Shown: positions 24,344 through 39,198 of the stretch, piece by piece
How the letters are laid out: each line of letters starts with the position of its first letter
Position numbering within the stretch: the stretch's first letter is position 1
NCBI GenBank assembly: GCA_000165425.1
Contig: CT868024.1
Span: 62,001-126,000, forward strand
Origin: Paramecium tetraurelia
Taxonomy: Eukaryota
DNA length: 64,000 bases
Direction of reading: 5' to 3'
Made by a program: the position numbers and the translations under genes
The notes under the pieces: generated by a model
What the model was told of the DNA's origin: nothing
Seen by the model: only the letters and a program-made list of their open reading frames with translations
The model's database searches: none

Positions 24344-26027
24344 ATGAATTATCTTAACATTATTGAGCAATCCCAAATCGACAAATTAAAGGCTTAACTT
24401 GAGAAAAAAGAATGTAATTTATATCCATTTATAAATAGAAACTATTTCGACTTTGTAAACAATAATTGAATCTCAAAAAGAACAAATTAATTAGTATTAA
24501 CATGAGAAATAATAATTAGTTAAAAACATTCAATTACAAGTTCAATAAAAGTTTTAGGATGATTTAAATTTTGAGAATATTATAAGAAAACTCAAATAGG
24601 ATTTAGAATAGAAATCTATATAATTCGAATAAATGACTATGAGATTAAATTAAAATGATCCTGGTTTTCTATTAATGAAATTGAAAAATGAGGCTGAAGA
24701 ACCTCATAGAATTGAAATTCTATAAAAAGAACAAATAATTGATGAATTAAAACGACAAATACTGTAATTGAAAAATCAATTGTAATTACAAGTTGAAAGA
24801 AACAATGCAATTCAAATCGCAAATCAAAATGAATTGGCATAATTAAAAGAGAAGTATGAATCCAATCTCGGAGTTGATAAACTGTCATTAAGATAAGTAA
24901 AGGAACTTAATTAATTAAATGAAAGAGATCAATAATAAATATAAGAATTATTGAAAGACAAAGAATAATAGCAGAATCAAATAATACAAAAAGACAATAC
25001 TATAAAAGAATTAAGATTTCAGAATGAATAATTACATAAAAGCAAATAATAAATTATTGAAACCTTAACTCAAGAACTAGAAATAGAGAGAATCAACAGA
25101 AGAAAATTGTAGTAAGAGAATGATGATTTAGAATCAGCCTTGAGTAATATTAGACTGACAATGAAGGTGAATTATTCAACAAATGTTAAAAGTGATGGTA
25201 CAACTATCAAAGATCAAGAATTTATTGATCTCTAAAATCGATTGAACGAGTACATTAGATTATTTGAAGAAGAAAAGGATTAAAAGAAAAAATTATCTCA
25301 GAAATTAAATGATATAATAATCTAAACAAAATAAGAAAAGTCTGATAGTGATAAAATATACGAAAATAGAATTAAGGATCTTTAAGAATAGATTAAGGAA
25401 GAGAAGGGAATGAAATCTAAGTAATCAATGAAAATTAAAGATTTATATGCTGATATTGAAGAAATGAAACATGAACTAAATATTTTGAGAGACAATTAGG
25501 CAAGAATTGAAGAAAGAGCCAAAGAGGTTGAAGTTAGAGAGAGAAAGGTAATTGAAAGAGACATGAAATTGAATGAGTTATAAAGAGAATTTGATCTAAA
25601 GAAACCACCTGAAGAGTTAATGTATGACAATAAGAAGATTAAAACAAAATACAAGTAAGCAAAAAAGAAGTTGATTGAAGCAAATTAAAAAATAGTAGTC
25701 TTATTAACAAAGATTAAGGATTATGAGTAAAATAATGAAAATTCTACTACTACTAATAATAAGAATAATGTTTTTGAGGGAAAGAGCACTTATAATAAGC
25801 AAGGATATACAAATACAGATTAATAAAGAAAATAGATGGAAAGATAGGTTTTCAAGAATTAATCATATGAGGGATATTATGATTTACCTTAAGATGCAGA
25901 TTATTTGGGCAATCCTTATCAAACTGAATTTTAAATGGATAGAATCTCTTAAAGATTAAGAGAAGACATAGTCAAGTAAAAGAATAGTTTAGAAACTCTT
26001 GAACATAAATATAATATATTAAAATGA
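24344..26027 (+). CDS. Coiled-coil protein
   Basis: About 550-aa E/K/Q-rich frame with one 5' intron. Confidence 0.8.
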
Positions 26028-26135
26028 TATTAATTTGTATTCTATTGTATTCTATGTCAGTTATTTTCAGAACCTTAAAATTGTATTATATATAACATTT
26101 GTAAATTTAGACTTGTTTAACTAATATTAAAATTA

Positions 26136-26924
26136 ATGGATTCTAAATAATCAAAAGCAATATAGAAGATTGAAAAGGCTGGCTTACTCGAGAAGCATAA
26201 CCAGCTAATTGCTCAAGGTTACACTAATCCCTGGTTCAATTATAAACTTTTAAAAGATTATGATGGAAATCTTGATTAAGTTAAAGTTGCCTACAATGAA
26301 AATAAAAAAAGAAAAGATGAACAAAATGGCAAAGCTCTCAAGATTTTAGAAACCATGGGTTGGTTAAATAAACATTAAGAACTTGTTCAAAAAGGATTTA
26401 TTCAAGTCAAAAAAAATTTAAAAGCATTACTTGCAACTGAAGGAGATTTAGCTAAAACAATTGAAAAGTTAAGTATCAAGAAGACCTTTTAAACTGATTA
26501 ACCAATAGATCAAATTATAGAACAACATGGTTTCAAAGTTTAATATGATAAATTAAAAGAAATGGGTTATAACAATTAAAAGAGAATTGTGAGATTGTTA
26601 TTGAAATTTAATGGAAATTTGGAGTCTATTGTCAATAAGCTATTGAATGAAAAAGATAGAAAAAGCAAGAATTATAAGAAGAAAGGAGAAAAATGTTAAA
26701 AGGATAAAACTTCTGAAGAATTTTAGGAATTTAAATAGAAAAAGAAAGAATTCAAAAAGAAGCTTGAACAAATAGAATAAAATGGAATTCCTCGTCATAG
26801 AGCAGTGAAACTATTGGCTATTTGGAATGGAGATGCCGATACTGTTGTGAAATGGGCCAAATAGCTTAAGCCATAGGCTGAAACATAAACTTTGTAAGAA
26901 CCATAAGTTCTTGCATAAGAATGA
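26136..26924 (+). CDS. Protein with about four UBA-like repeats
   Basis: Repeats such as LKEMGYNNQKRIVRLLLKFNGNLESIVNKL and LIAQGYTNPWFNYKLLKDYDGNLDQV. Confidence 0.75.
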
Positions 26925-27079
26925 GTTTGAATAAACTCAAAAAGTTAGGGAGGGAGGGTTGGATATATTATATATATATATAAACATATAAATATTATGC
27001 AAATATTAATATTCCGAAAGCATTAAATAAAAAATGATATTAACTTATATCATATTAGATACTCCATTAATGTCTTATT

Positions 27080-28573
27080 TCAATCTACTAATTCACTTTT
27101 ATCAAATTTAATTTGAGTAGAAGAATTTGAATGGGTTTCAATTTTATGATATAATTAACTTTCATCTTGCTCTTTGGGTTTATTGTAATTGATTTTCAAT
27201 AGATCATTTATTATCTGTTATTGTTTTTAATTCAATTAGGATATAAGTTATTTATGATGATTATTTAATGGCTATTTTTTTAACAAGCAATCATCTAATA
27301 AATATAGAATCTGTTTTGTTTCATTTTAGTGATCCAATTTTTGTTGAAATTACAATAGAAATATGTCTTCACTCTTTGAATAGGTTTACCTCTTGTCATT
27401 AAGTCTTATTCTATCCTCTTTACTTAAATATTCCTTTAAAACCGATGGCTTGGTATTCTTGATAATTTAATTAGTGAAATATTCATCATCTAACCCTTTT
27501 TACTTGAAATCATTTAGATATAATGATCCAATCAAAGTAGCAATTTTTTCTAATTCAAAGTAATCTCTAAATTTTAAAACATGATCATAAATAAATATTA
27601 GACATTACACCTAAGTTTAATAGAGATATTACATTGACAAAATTAAAGAAAGTATTTGACAACATCTTCTCAGCATGTTTCTCCAAATATTTCCTAAAAT
27701 AAAGCAAATCGGTTGGCTCAATTAGATAATTTTTTTTTCCAATTTCTAATAGAAAATCTATCTCGTAATCTTTGATCGAATCGTTTTAATCTAAGAATCT
27801 TCCTAAGGAAATTTCTTCTCTAAAACAATTGATAAAATGAAACACAAGAGGCGAAGAATGAAAACACAATAGAAAATATGTCATTTAAACTAAATTCTAA
27901 AGATGAATGCTATAGTCTTACTTGATTAATTTGAATGTTTGGATTTTTATAGAGCAGACATTACAATACTGATTATAGAAATATTGCTGACATATTATCC
28001 ATTAAATCTTTAGTTAAGTAATAGTCGAATTCTTTCATAGAATAGTTATACTAATTGCGAATCTTCATTTATGAAATTCAAAGCTTACTTAGTTCAATAT
28101 AACTGGGATGGATTTTAGTTCTTCAGCTGCTGACGGTGGCAAATTATTTTTACTTTACCCTAATATCGCGTAGTATTCATCAATGAGATCTTGTTCTCGA
28201 ACACTAAATACATATTAGATCATACTTGTCGAGAGAGTATCTAAGCCATTAGTTAGTTATTAGTGAATTTTTATTAAAAGATAACTATTCCTTAGAAATA
28301 ATATCTTAAATGGCGAGTTATTCCTCTTTACAAATAATACAACATCGATGTTAAGTTTTGAGATCATAGTCGACAATCTTAATTTTTAAATGAAAAATAA
28401 TACAATAGCTTTAAACTTTCCGCAATCAAAGCAAACTGCTCGTTTACATCTTTTACATTAATGTTATTATAATAATCTTAATTATGAGATGATGAATACA
28501 ATGAGAAATTTCTTTGGCAAATTTCACATCTTTGTTGCTTTGGTCGTGGTAAAGGTTTCTTTATTGTGGACAT
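27080..28573 (-). CDS. FYVE-like zinc finger plus degenerate TBC (Rab-GAP)-like domain
   Basis: CEIC..FSL...HQCKRCKRAVCFDC...CIIC, then VLQCLLYKNPNIQINQNLVQMTYFLLCF; multiple introns. Confidence 0.65.
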
Positions 28574-28649
28574 TTTACAAAGTTAATAAATTTATATGAA
28601 TGTATATATATTTACAAGAAACATAATTATAATGAATTTCATATTTGAT

Positions 28650-29877
28650 TCAATATTCATAAAATTGAGGAATAGGATCCTGATCATAAAAAGAATTCTT
28701 TCTACTTAAATTAGGTGATTCTGGTATAATATAATTATCATCTAATTTATGGAAAGAAAATGGATCACTATATACAATGAGTTGATTATCCTATTTTTTT
28801 TCTTCATTTTCTTACCTTAAATCCATTTTTTTAGTTATTGGATATTCTTCATCAAAACTAACTTCATCATCCTCATATTTAAATATATTTTTTTTCTCCT
28901 ATTTCTAATTATTAGCAACTGCCTTCATTAAAATTTAAATGATTTAAGTTTTTGATAATTATTCTATTTATTGTTCGAAATTTTATTTTAGTATTTGTTA
29001 TGGCAGTTAATCAAACACAGGTTTTTCATTTTCAAATATCTTTTGATGTTAATATTCATTTTAGAACTCATCATCATTTTCGCTTGTCTACTTAATCATC
29101 AAAAGGTTATTATTGGAAATATTTTTGTGCTTTCCATTTTGTTTGTACCCTTGCAATGATTGTAGAACCCATTTCATTATTTATTCCTCTGAGTTTTCAT
29201 TCTTATGCCTATTTATATGTGTTATATACTTATTCTTCATTAGTTCTGTCCATAAATACTTATTTTCTTTAATAATTTTCTCATTTTATTTTATTAGAAT
29301 TTTCATTAGTTTTTCTAATTCACTCTATTTGTTCTACAACCTCGACATTTGCATAGATATCTTTGATAATTATAAAAATCCAATACTTCTGGAATTTCCT
29401 AATTCCCATTTCTCACTATCTCTGTTTTTATGAGAGTCAACGAATTTTAATCTTTCTAATCATTTGTTTTGCGTTTAATTTAACTCAATAAATTTCTACG
29501 TATATACAAAATCCTTACTTCTTTCCTCTTTAAAATAACTTATGTTTAAATTCATTTTCATTATTGTCATGTCGGGTTTTATGAAAGTCGTACATATTTA
29601 ATTATCGAACGAACGATGCGAAGTTACTGTGCTTGAATGATTTAGGTAGAATGATATCCGAAAACTCATTAACTTTCTTAACTATAAATGCATTTCCTTC
29701 CTCATTCCAACTAATGACATCTGAATTGCTAGGATTCTAAGAATTGCTCATAATTTTTACATCTATAATCTCATAGGTTTTTAATAAAAATGCCGGTATT
29801 GAATCTCCATTGTCTTTTTAAGACCTTGATCTCTTTTTCTTAACTAATTATTATTACTCCAATAAATCGATTTGCAT
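28650..29877 (-). CDS. Heat-shock-factor-type transcription factor
   Basis: PAFLLKTYEII...ISWNEEGNAFIV...LPKSFKHSNFASFVRQLNMYDFHK. Confidence 0.93.
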
Positions 29878-30024
29878 AAACTTAATAATATAATACAACT
29901 TTTAAATTATTCTTAATATATTAAATTCTATAACACATCAGAACTTACTAAATCTGCTATTTTCCAAAATTTAGTAATAAACTCAAATTTCAAAATTGTT
30001 ATCCTTCCCAATTTCCTTCCATAA

Positions 30025-30784
30025 ATGTTGGAATATTTAACTCCACCCTTAAAATAAGCCTTCATCTCTCTTTTTTCATAAAGCCCTTATTTTTATTTGC
30101 TTCTCATCTCTACTGGATTAGATAAACAAAAACTGATTTGTTTTTATAATAAATGTGTGTTTGCATTTATACTCTTAATTTAAGGTAAATAAGTATAAAT
30201 ATTTAATTATGATAAAGCAAACAAAAGATGGCGAACCAATTTTTATTCCACCTGCTAAAATCTTACAAGAATTAAAGTATTTGCATAAAGAATTACCAGC
30301 ATTTTGCTATTCTTGGGCTTGGGAGGCTAGATGTGTATGTGCTTTTGAAAAAGGAGAATTCATTGAAGCAATAAAAGAGTTGAAAGTAGCTTTTGTAATA
30401 TAATAAAAAGTAAATTGGTTGCTAAAAACGATGCGAAGTATATGCGAAAAAGCCTATTCTTATTGGGAAACGACTTTTTAATGTAAGATTAATTTCATAT
30501 GGGGCATCATCTCCAAAAAAAATGTTCTTTGGGCCGAACCATTTAGCTCATGCATTTGACAAGCTGATGTTTGATTATGTATACATATTTTTGGAGACTG
30601 CTTAAAAAACAGCAAAAAAATTGTAATTACTAATATAAAAAGCTGAAAGCACAAACAATAATAGGTATTTTTAATTTTAATTGGAAGATAAATCGCTAGC
30701 TTTAAGGAGAGCTACAAAATACTACTGGGGAAGGAATATGAGGAATAGAACATGGAAGAAGAATAGAATGAAGATCAAGAGTGA
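30025..30784 (+). pseudogene. Frame-disrupted hypothetical gene
   Basis: Protein-like segments lie in different frames that I could not join with canonical introns. Confidence 0.35.
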
Positions 30785-30933
30785 TTAAAAATCATAATAA
30801 TAAATAGTCTTGATATAAATTTAATTTTAAAATAAATTATATTAATGATGGAATATAATTATTGCAATCATCATTATATAAATCATAATCATTATCAAAT
30901 AATTTTAAGTATAATAAAAATATCTACCTAAAT

Positions 30934-31518
30934 ATGCCAATTAAATTAAATATTCAAGGATAAACAGTCGAAGTTGATGAAAAGTTTGCTGATGTCAGCA
31001 ATTTTTTGAAAGAAGCCTGGTAACCAGGATCCAATGAAGTAGATTATTTAAAAAATTGATAGGAATTGCCATTGTTACAATCCTAAGTAACTTTAGAGGC
31101 ATTTAAGACTTTGGAAGAATATTACAAATTCAACAATTTTAATCCAAGAGTGATAGATGCTATTAGTAAAATTTCTCAATATTAAATTAGCAAATGAGCC
31201 CATCACCTGCTTTTTAAATGAGCATGATAGAGAATTGATAATGAAGGTCGACGTGTTTAATGGAAATCAATTGAAAGAGTTGTTGGAAGCAGCCAAATAT
31301 CTCCAGACTACTGCATTTAAGAGTAAAATAATTTAATAAGGTTAATAGAGTTATGCCTAGCAAGGATTGCTTTTGAATTCCATGTCGATAAATAAGAGCC
31401 AAATAAATCATTTACCGAATTAAAAAAGAAGTTTAATTTGTCCAATACAGCTCTTACTTTAGGAGATGTCGAAAGATTTAAGTAAGACTATCCAACAATC
31501 GTCAATAAATACAATTGA
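30934..31518 (+). CDS. Divergent SKP1-like (BTB/POZ) protein
   Basis: GQTVEVDEKFADVSNFLKE...LKELLEAAKYLQTTAFKKLCLARIA...KKKFNL; three introns. Confidence 0.75.
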
Positions 31519-31547
31519 TTTCATATAAAGGAACAATAAATATCATA

Positions 31548-33638
31548 TCATTTAAAAGTCGATTTAAAAATTAAAGATGATCCAATAATGCTTTTTGGAG
31601 TTGTTGGCATTGTCTTAATCTTTCTCTATTATTAATTTAATAATTAAGATACTTTGATTTATCTCAGTTTAATTAATGATTTAAAGTTTTAGATGATCAC
31701 TTTTTTTTCAACTCCATGGCCTCTTTCACTCAATAGATCACAATACTTTTGTTATTCTGATGGAATTTTGGCTGTATTTGAAATACTATTTTTTGGATTT
31801 ATAATTTTTTATCTTTCAGACTCTAAATAGTTTTCTTCATTCACATCCTATTAAATCCTTCTTGAACTTCCTAAAGTACTCGTAAAAGAGTTCCGCTTGG
31901 TTGTTTTAGTTTTAAAATTAACTTAAACTTATGCTCTGGATTCAGTGTCTGTTCTTAAGGATATTTTTTTTTAAGATAACTCAATGCTCAATTTGCTTTT
32001 GTAATTTTATTGCAATAAAGGTGAATCATTATAAGAAAATTTCGATCTTTTGGGTATTTAATTTATTGATTGGACTAATTCTATCATTGTGTGAATTTAA
32101 TTGGAGTAGTAATCCGAAGCTTTCAAATATAGTTTGATAAATGTAGATCCAGCTTGTAAATATTAATTCAAGGCATCTTCATTTACATACAGTTTCAAAA
32201 TTATGCTCTATGTAACAATATAGCGATACATTTTATATTTAATGATATAGATCAGGTTAAGTCGAAGTTAGTGGGTTATTCATGTATTAATATAAGGATA
32301 GTGAGTAATGTCCAATATAGGTATTGGCACAAAAGTTTTTAATTTTGCTATCAATTTGAGAAGACTTTAAGTCAATAGCCATTCTCTTTTGATGGATGGC
32401 CTAGAAGATATCATTGAATCTAATAAATTCGTAATATATATACACCTTTTGATGGCATTGTAAAGATTCCCGAAGACTTTTATTATGAAGGACTCTGCTT
32501 TGTGTAATAGATTCTACTTAAAGTTATTTTGAGATTGCTTCATGGTTAAGAATCCCATCAATTTCTGAACATCTTGAAATTGTGAATCAGATTCTTCCTC
32601 CTCATCATAAATATAGAATCTTTCACACAACTCCTTTAATTCTTTTAATTCCTGTTGTAATTCTTATTTTTCCTCCATCAAACCCAAACCTATTGATGAC
32701 TCACTATCAATTTGAACTTAATATTTTCTGTACTGCTGTATGAGATTCTCAACCAAGAATGAAACTCCGAAGGGATGCTGATGCATAAAATCAGTTATTT
32801 CTTTATTGCAATCTACCTTATTGATATCCTCAGTAACAAAGTCTTCGTTAATTCCTTCTTCAAATGTCAAATACATTCTTAGAACATTATTATAATTTTA
32901 TACCTTTCTAATTTTTATAACACCTGCAAATCTATCACTACTTTTCTTTACTCGTGCAATTTAAAGATATTGGTCTCATTCTAATCATTCAATTATTGTA
33001 TAGTTTTTTCTTATTCAGCTAATGTTTATTAAGCTTACTTATAAAATTGTGTCAAATACTTTTATTTTTTGCAATAAGCTATAATAGTTCTATTGAGTCT
33101 GCTATGTTTCATTTTTGACTTTCTCCAAATTATCCAATACATCAACCTTCTTATTTTACAATTGCTTAATGTACTCATCATAATTTGATTTATATTTGGA
33201 ATAACTTAGGTAACTTAATTTCTTGGTCTATTGACTTTCCCTATGCTCAATAGGCAAATCTTAGTAGAAATTGTTGATCAATCTCAGCTGCTCCTCCAAA
33301 TCATTAATGTATTTCTGTCTCAACAACTAAATATATCGAATTACCATCATACAATTGAATAGAGTGTTCTATCTAAATCTATCTCCAAATACTATTTTTG
33401 TTCCAGGGACTTCTCAATCTCCTCAACATGCAACTGTTATTTCTCTTACTTAATCTGATACTATATTTCTTCCTTCTTTAATCTTGCAATCTGATCTCTC
33501 TTAGATATATTGTTGAAATGCACCTCGTTAAATATTTGTTCAATCTTTTATTGTAGTAATTATGAATACATAAGAATGAGAAAATGCTGAACTCTCTATA
33601 TTGCATTAAGTCAAAAATTCGTTCTCCAATTCATTCAT
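31548..33638 (-). CDS. Hypothetical coiled-coil protein
   Basis: Long code-6 frame with several short introns; starts MNELENEFLTQC and ends FKSTFK*. Confidence 0.7.
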
Positions 33639-33643
33639 AATTA

Positions 33644-34429
33644 ATGAATATTAAATAATAACTCCTCAAATAGTAAATTCCATCTTATTAGCATTCAGAT
33701 GGCACTTGTTTCTGCTCTGTGTGTTTGTGCAGCAAGTGTTACTGCAAATAAAAGCCTTAACAAACGTATTACATTAATGAACCAAAATCAATCTATAATG
33801 TAGATTTTGATTCCAGAAGAACCCCTATCAAACATTCCAGATTGCCTAATCAGAATTACCAAGGCAGACAAAAGGCTTTGTCACTTCATTCTGTTTACAA
33901 TGATGATTTCGATAAAAAGCAGTTGAACAAATCATCCCTAGATAATACCCAAAAACCATAGAACAATTCTTTCAGCATTCCTTTTTGTGGTTGCAACTCA
34001 TATGCACTCCAATTTCCAGCTAAAACTTCTATGCCTCCTTAATTGTTAAAACCATTAAATTAAATTTAACTACTACCTGGTAAATTAGACATCAAATCAA
34101 GTTATCAAAGAGAACACAAACACCACAAGTTGGATCAAGAAAAAGTCATTAATTTTTCCAAGATTACTAATCAAAGATTACATACCAATTCTAAAGAAAA
34201 AAACATCTTCTTGAACTCCAGCTATTAAGAGTAATACAAAGGTTAAACTGCCAAAAGAGTTTCATAATTACCAATCTAATCAACCTATTTACCTTTTGGA
34301 CTCAGTAACTAAGGAATCAATCTTTATGTTAGTACAAATAAATAAGATTATGAATAACAAAGTTTATATTAATGTGAAGCAGATTAGAAATTACAAGAAT
34401 TAAGCAATTAAATATTATCATAACAATGA
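33644..34429 (+). CDS. SAXO/STOP-like microtubule-stabilising protein
   Basis: N-terminal CFCSVCLCSKCYC followed by SxY..[DE][FYH] repeats (SIYNVDF, SVYNDDF, SSYQREH, SSYQEQY); intronless, 261 aa. Confidence 0.75.
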
Positions 34430-34442
34430 AAATATATTATAA

Positions 34443-35975
34443 TCAAATTATTGAATATCTTTTTTTTTCTATTTACTTAAATTAAGTTGAGATATTCTAG
34501 TCTAATGATTGCCTCTTTCCAAAACGACTATTATTACTACTATTTAACATAACACGATCAATTATTGATCTTCTTTTCTATTTTGAGAATTCCATAGAAC
34601 AACTATTCTATTTTCTTTAAGTAGGAATGTTAATATCATATATAAATTAAATTTTGGTTTTACCATTCTAGTTTAATTGGTTGAATAGTTCTTTTTTTTG
34701 TTTAACAATTTAATCAATCCTCTAAAAAGGAGAGTTTGATTTGATAACACTTCTTGACCTTTCAGGTGATTATATCTTTTTTTAAATTCTATTTTGTCTA
34801 TGGGTTTCTTTTAAATCACTTAGATTCTTCAGTTCGTTTATCAAATGTAATTCGTTGTTTGCCTAATTAAGACTTAATATTACTAGCAGTCTTTATACAA
34901 GGCTTTCCAATTAGATACACAGGACCTTGCCATAATCTGAATTGCATCGAATAGTCTGCGTTCTTTATTTTAAATGTTGAAATGTCTCCTTGTCTCCAAA
35001 GATACACCCTTTTTATAAAATAGCTATTTCTCTGGTCTAATTCAATTGCTATTAATTTAAGTAATATGTTAGTTTTTCTGTTACAATAAATTCTCCACTA
35101 AGAATTAAATATATTTCTTCTTTATTAAGTTAACCTTCCTTATAAATAAGGTCTCTAAATTTATATTCCTAGCTTTGGAATGCATATAACAGAATTGTTA
35201 AAAGCCTTCTGGACATCCCTTGAAAGGTGGAAATCGACTAAAGTCCCTTAATTTGCTATTGAATTTTTTCACTTTGGGCCTGTTACAAAATTTCTTTGTA
35301 GGCTTATTTATTTAATACTGCAAAATAGCATTGCTTCTCACAAACTACAGTTGCCAATCGACCAGTTTCATTTATCAAGGCTCTTTCACCAAAAGAATCC
35401 CCTTCATGTAATTCATTCACTTTCAATAATCTAATTTAAATAAGATTATTTACTTTTTTATTTTTTCATTTAGAAGTATTCTTCGAATCTCAGGAGTTTA
35501 ATCTTTATTTGGTCCAACGCCTTCCCCTATTAGTTAATTTACACATTCTCTTATTCCTTACCGAATATTTATTTTATTGTGCTAAAGCTATTCCATATTA
35601 TTTGAAAATATATAAATTCCGACTTATCCGGACAAAATGATGTAGAAATCTCTTCCCCTATCCCCTTTCTCAAAGACAATTGTGTCCTATTTGCACTATT
35701 TTTCATTTAAATACTTCTGGATAAATTTCCAATTGGATTCGCTGTAAACATCTTTATAGAGCATGGACACCGCATTCTTCTTAGATTTCCTAAAAATATT
35801 TGATATTTTTAGTAGCTAATTATAGAATCTGTTTGATTTAAAATCATATAGCATGAACAAATACATATATATCATGTGTGGTTCGCTCAGACCAAGCCTT
35901 TTACAAAATAACAGTGCTCATTTCTCGAAGTTGTAATGGAGTAAAAGTATAGGACATATCAGAAATTTCAAACAT
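34443..35975 (-). CDS. Cyclic-nucleotide-binding domain protein
   Basis: GDRGRDFYIILSG...GDSFGERALINETGRLATVVC, plus a second degenerate CNBD. Confidence 0.85.
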
Positions 35976-36357
35976 ATTGTTGTTCCTGATAAATTAATTC
36001 ATGCACTAATGTGATCATTAATATAGTATATATCATAAATTGATTTTTTTCAAATACTCTTCTCAAGCGAAAGGGATTATGCAAAACTGGAATTCCCTTA
36101 AAAAACTACTGCTTTACTAATGATATCAATTTTAATAATTTTATTATTTACACACTTTAATATCATAGTGAATATGATATTGTTATTAATGACGTAATAT
36201 AAACAAAGATAACTAATAAACATAATAATTAGTAGGAAAACATTAAAAATGATTGCTACAAACTATTGTCCCAGATTGGTGCAATTAATTCTTAAATTCA
36301 AATGCAGATGTTGATGTGATTTTATAATCTCAAAATTTTATTTATTTTGTTTTATTA

Positions 36358-37726
36358 ATGGATACACCAAATATGTAAAGATAATATTTATTTAAGACAA
36401 GCAGCTGGATCCAGACCTAACAAATCAACATTTGATCAAGCACCTCAAACCAGACAAGTGTAATTATGCTTGATTTATTTAGAATTCAAAACAAATCTGA
36501 TATTTTTGGAGTCAATACTCCCGCACCTGCCCCACAAGTATCAAGATAAAGTGTAAGGCCTAAAACTGATATTTTCAGTAATGAAAGTCAAGCACCTAAA
36601 TAATCTGAAGTATTAGACTTTTTATATGTGTATTAGGTAAGATAAAACAAAACTTTTTAATCTTAAATCTTTTAATAAGAGGCTGTTCAAAATGCACCAC
36701 CACCTGCTCGTTCAAATCAAACATTTGAGAATTCGCAACAAGAAGTGAAGAGATATTAGAAAAAAAATAATGACAATAGATAAGTTGACCATGGAAAAGA
36801 TTTCCTATTTGGGAAGAGTGGTAAAAACAATTGAATAAGTTGTAGATTTTGATGAATACAAATCTTTAAAAAGGGCAGCCACTTTGAGTGAGTTCAAACC
36901 AAAATTAAATTATGATCCATAAAACAGAAGAAATAAAGAACTCTATGGCAATGAAATAGCTCGTGATCATCTACCAACTAAGGAAGTCAATTTGGAAACT
37001 TCAAGCCCTTAAAAACCAAAGAAATAATAATAATAGCAATAAGAATAGAATCCAACCAACAGAAAATTGATGGAAAATCAATCAAGTGTTTTCGGAGAAT
37101 CCGCTAAGTATTGCATATAATGTTATCTCTAGTAAGGCTGTGAAAAACTAAAAAGTAGAAAAACTGACCGCTTCCACTTAAAAATGGAGTACTGTAGGAG
37201 GATAAAGCAATAATCAAGTGAAAGAGTTTGATCCTGATACATATGCTAAAAACAGGAAGGAAGCTGAATTGTAATCGAGCGTATTTGGTGAACAGCAAGT
37301 GAAGGTTTAACCAGCTCCAATTCCAGAATAATAGGAAGAATCTTAAACATAATAATGTATTATCTTATTTAATATAGCTACATCATAACAGCAATAAAAA
37401 GTCTAAAAGCCTAAGGAAAGATTAATTCCTAATAATTAAACATGGTAATAGACTGATTCAGTTAAAAATATGAGAGATTTTGATCCAACCTAATCTTAAA
37501 TTAAAGAAGATGTTGATGCCTCTTAAAAGAAAATGGATGCTCTTAAGTCAGCTATGGATTCTCATCAATTTGAAGCACAATAGATTCCAACTAACCAAAA
37601 AATATCAAATAAACATCTTAAAGTAAAAAATACATTTATAATTAGTAAAAAAAAGACATCATCTAAAGGGAAGAAAAATTAACCAAAGAAAAAACAACAA
37701 CAAAAACATAAGCTAAGAAGAAATGA
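36358..37726 (+). CDS. Low-complexity protein with S[DS][IV]FG repeats
   Basis: KSDIFG, KTDIFS and QSSVFGE twice; six short introns; reminiscent of Jupiter/HN1-type repeats (inference). Confidence 0.7.
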
Positions 37727-37819
37727 TATATTTATATCATATCATTATAGTATTTGGAATATATTAAATGTTTTATTAAGAGAAGAAATTTATTTATTTT
37801 AATTATATTTGTATATACA

Positions 37820-39198
37820 TCAATGCTTTTTATTTCTCTTTATTTTTCTCATATCGTTTACATCATTTGGATTCAGTTTGCCATAACCAACTGTTATTTT
37901 TTATTAAGGATGTCTATAATCAATATCTTCAAAACCAATTCCGTTTTCATATGTTTTCATAACCTTTTTGTATCTAAGTTCCTCTTGTTTTCTCTATACA
38001 ATATAAATCAATAATATACTTGTCTTGCTAACTATTACTAAATTCCGCTTTTCATTAATTGATCTTAACAGAAGATAAATGGGGCATCCTTTTTGGTTAA
38101 ATTCGAAGGAATGGAATACTAATAAAATTAGGACATTAATTTACTTAAGTTCCTCTGAGATTTACTTTGAAATTCTTCTTTCTATACAAGATAATTGTTC
38201 CATCAGATTCCAAAGAGCATGAGACTTTTAGTAATGAATTGTTTCCGCAATTGGTGCAGAAGAGTCTTGTTGGATCTCTGACTAAGGTTTTACATATATG
38301 ACATTCTAAGATGAATCTTCTTGCACTTTTAATCATATAGCCTTCAGTCGATAAGACAGGAACGCCCATTTACAATAGAACATTCTATTAAATGACAAAT
38401 ATATGATACTTGCATAGCAAAGTCAGTTGTCAAAAGAGCAACCCCAAATTGATTCATTTGATTGTTTTATGGATTGATTTGAATTTCATTTAATTTTTCA
38501 TGAATGTTTGTATTATTAATCCATTCTTCTTCATTTTCATCTTCAGATGATTCCTCGGCTTAATCTTCAACTTATTTTTCTTCTTATTTAGGTTTTTATG
38601 AGTTATTTTATTTAGAGTAATTATTATAATATTTTTTCTTTGGGACAACTTCTTCCCATCCATCAGATTCATCATCATCGTTATTATCTTCATTCTTTTA
38701 AGTTTCTTATTTTTCTGGTTCTTCTGATTTTTATTAAGTTTATTATTCATCTTATTGTTTATTTTAAACTTATTCATTTTCTTCCTTTTATACTTCTTCC
38801 TCCTCTTCTTCCTCTTCTACTTGTTAATGATTTTTGGATCCATATACATTCTTAATTTTATTAAACTCTAATGGTTTTAGTGGTTCCAACTTTAACTTGT
38901 CCTTCTGACCATTTTCCTCTATCAAGGTACAAGCCAAAGCTATGAGTTCAATATCAATAGGGGACAATGAAGCTATGTCTGATGTTTATGTGGCGAATTG
39001 CTTAACGATTTTAATCATTTTCTCGGATGGAGTCAAGAAGGTGAGGGGGTAGGTGAAATTTTATAATTTTTATCTGGCTCTTTCATCTCTGACTTCAGTG
39101 AGAATGGCCTCATGAGTTACGAATGAGTAGTGTTCTGAAAGGTGTTGAAAATTGATTTCTTTAATAAATGCATTGGCATCCAATATTAATTTATTCAT
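37820..39198 (-). CDS. NOB1: 20S pre-rRNA endonuclease NOB1
   Basis: PIN domain LILDANAFI...EVRDERAR...LSPID; TTDFAMQNVLLQMG; zinc ribbon CHIC...FCTNCGNNSL. Confidence 0.93.

Noticed and set aside
32160..32240. Premature TGA in the 31548-33638 gene
   Set aside because: Resolved by a 22-nt GTA..TAG intron
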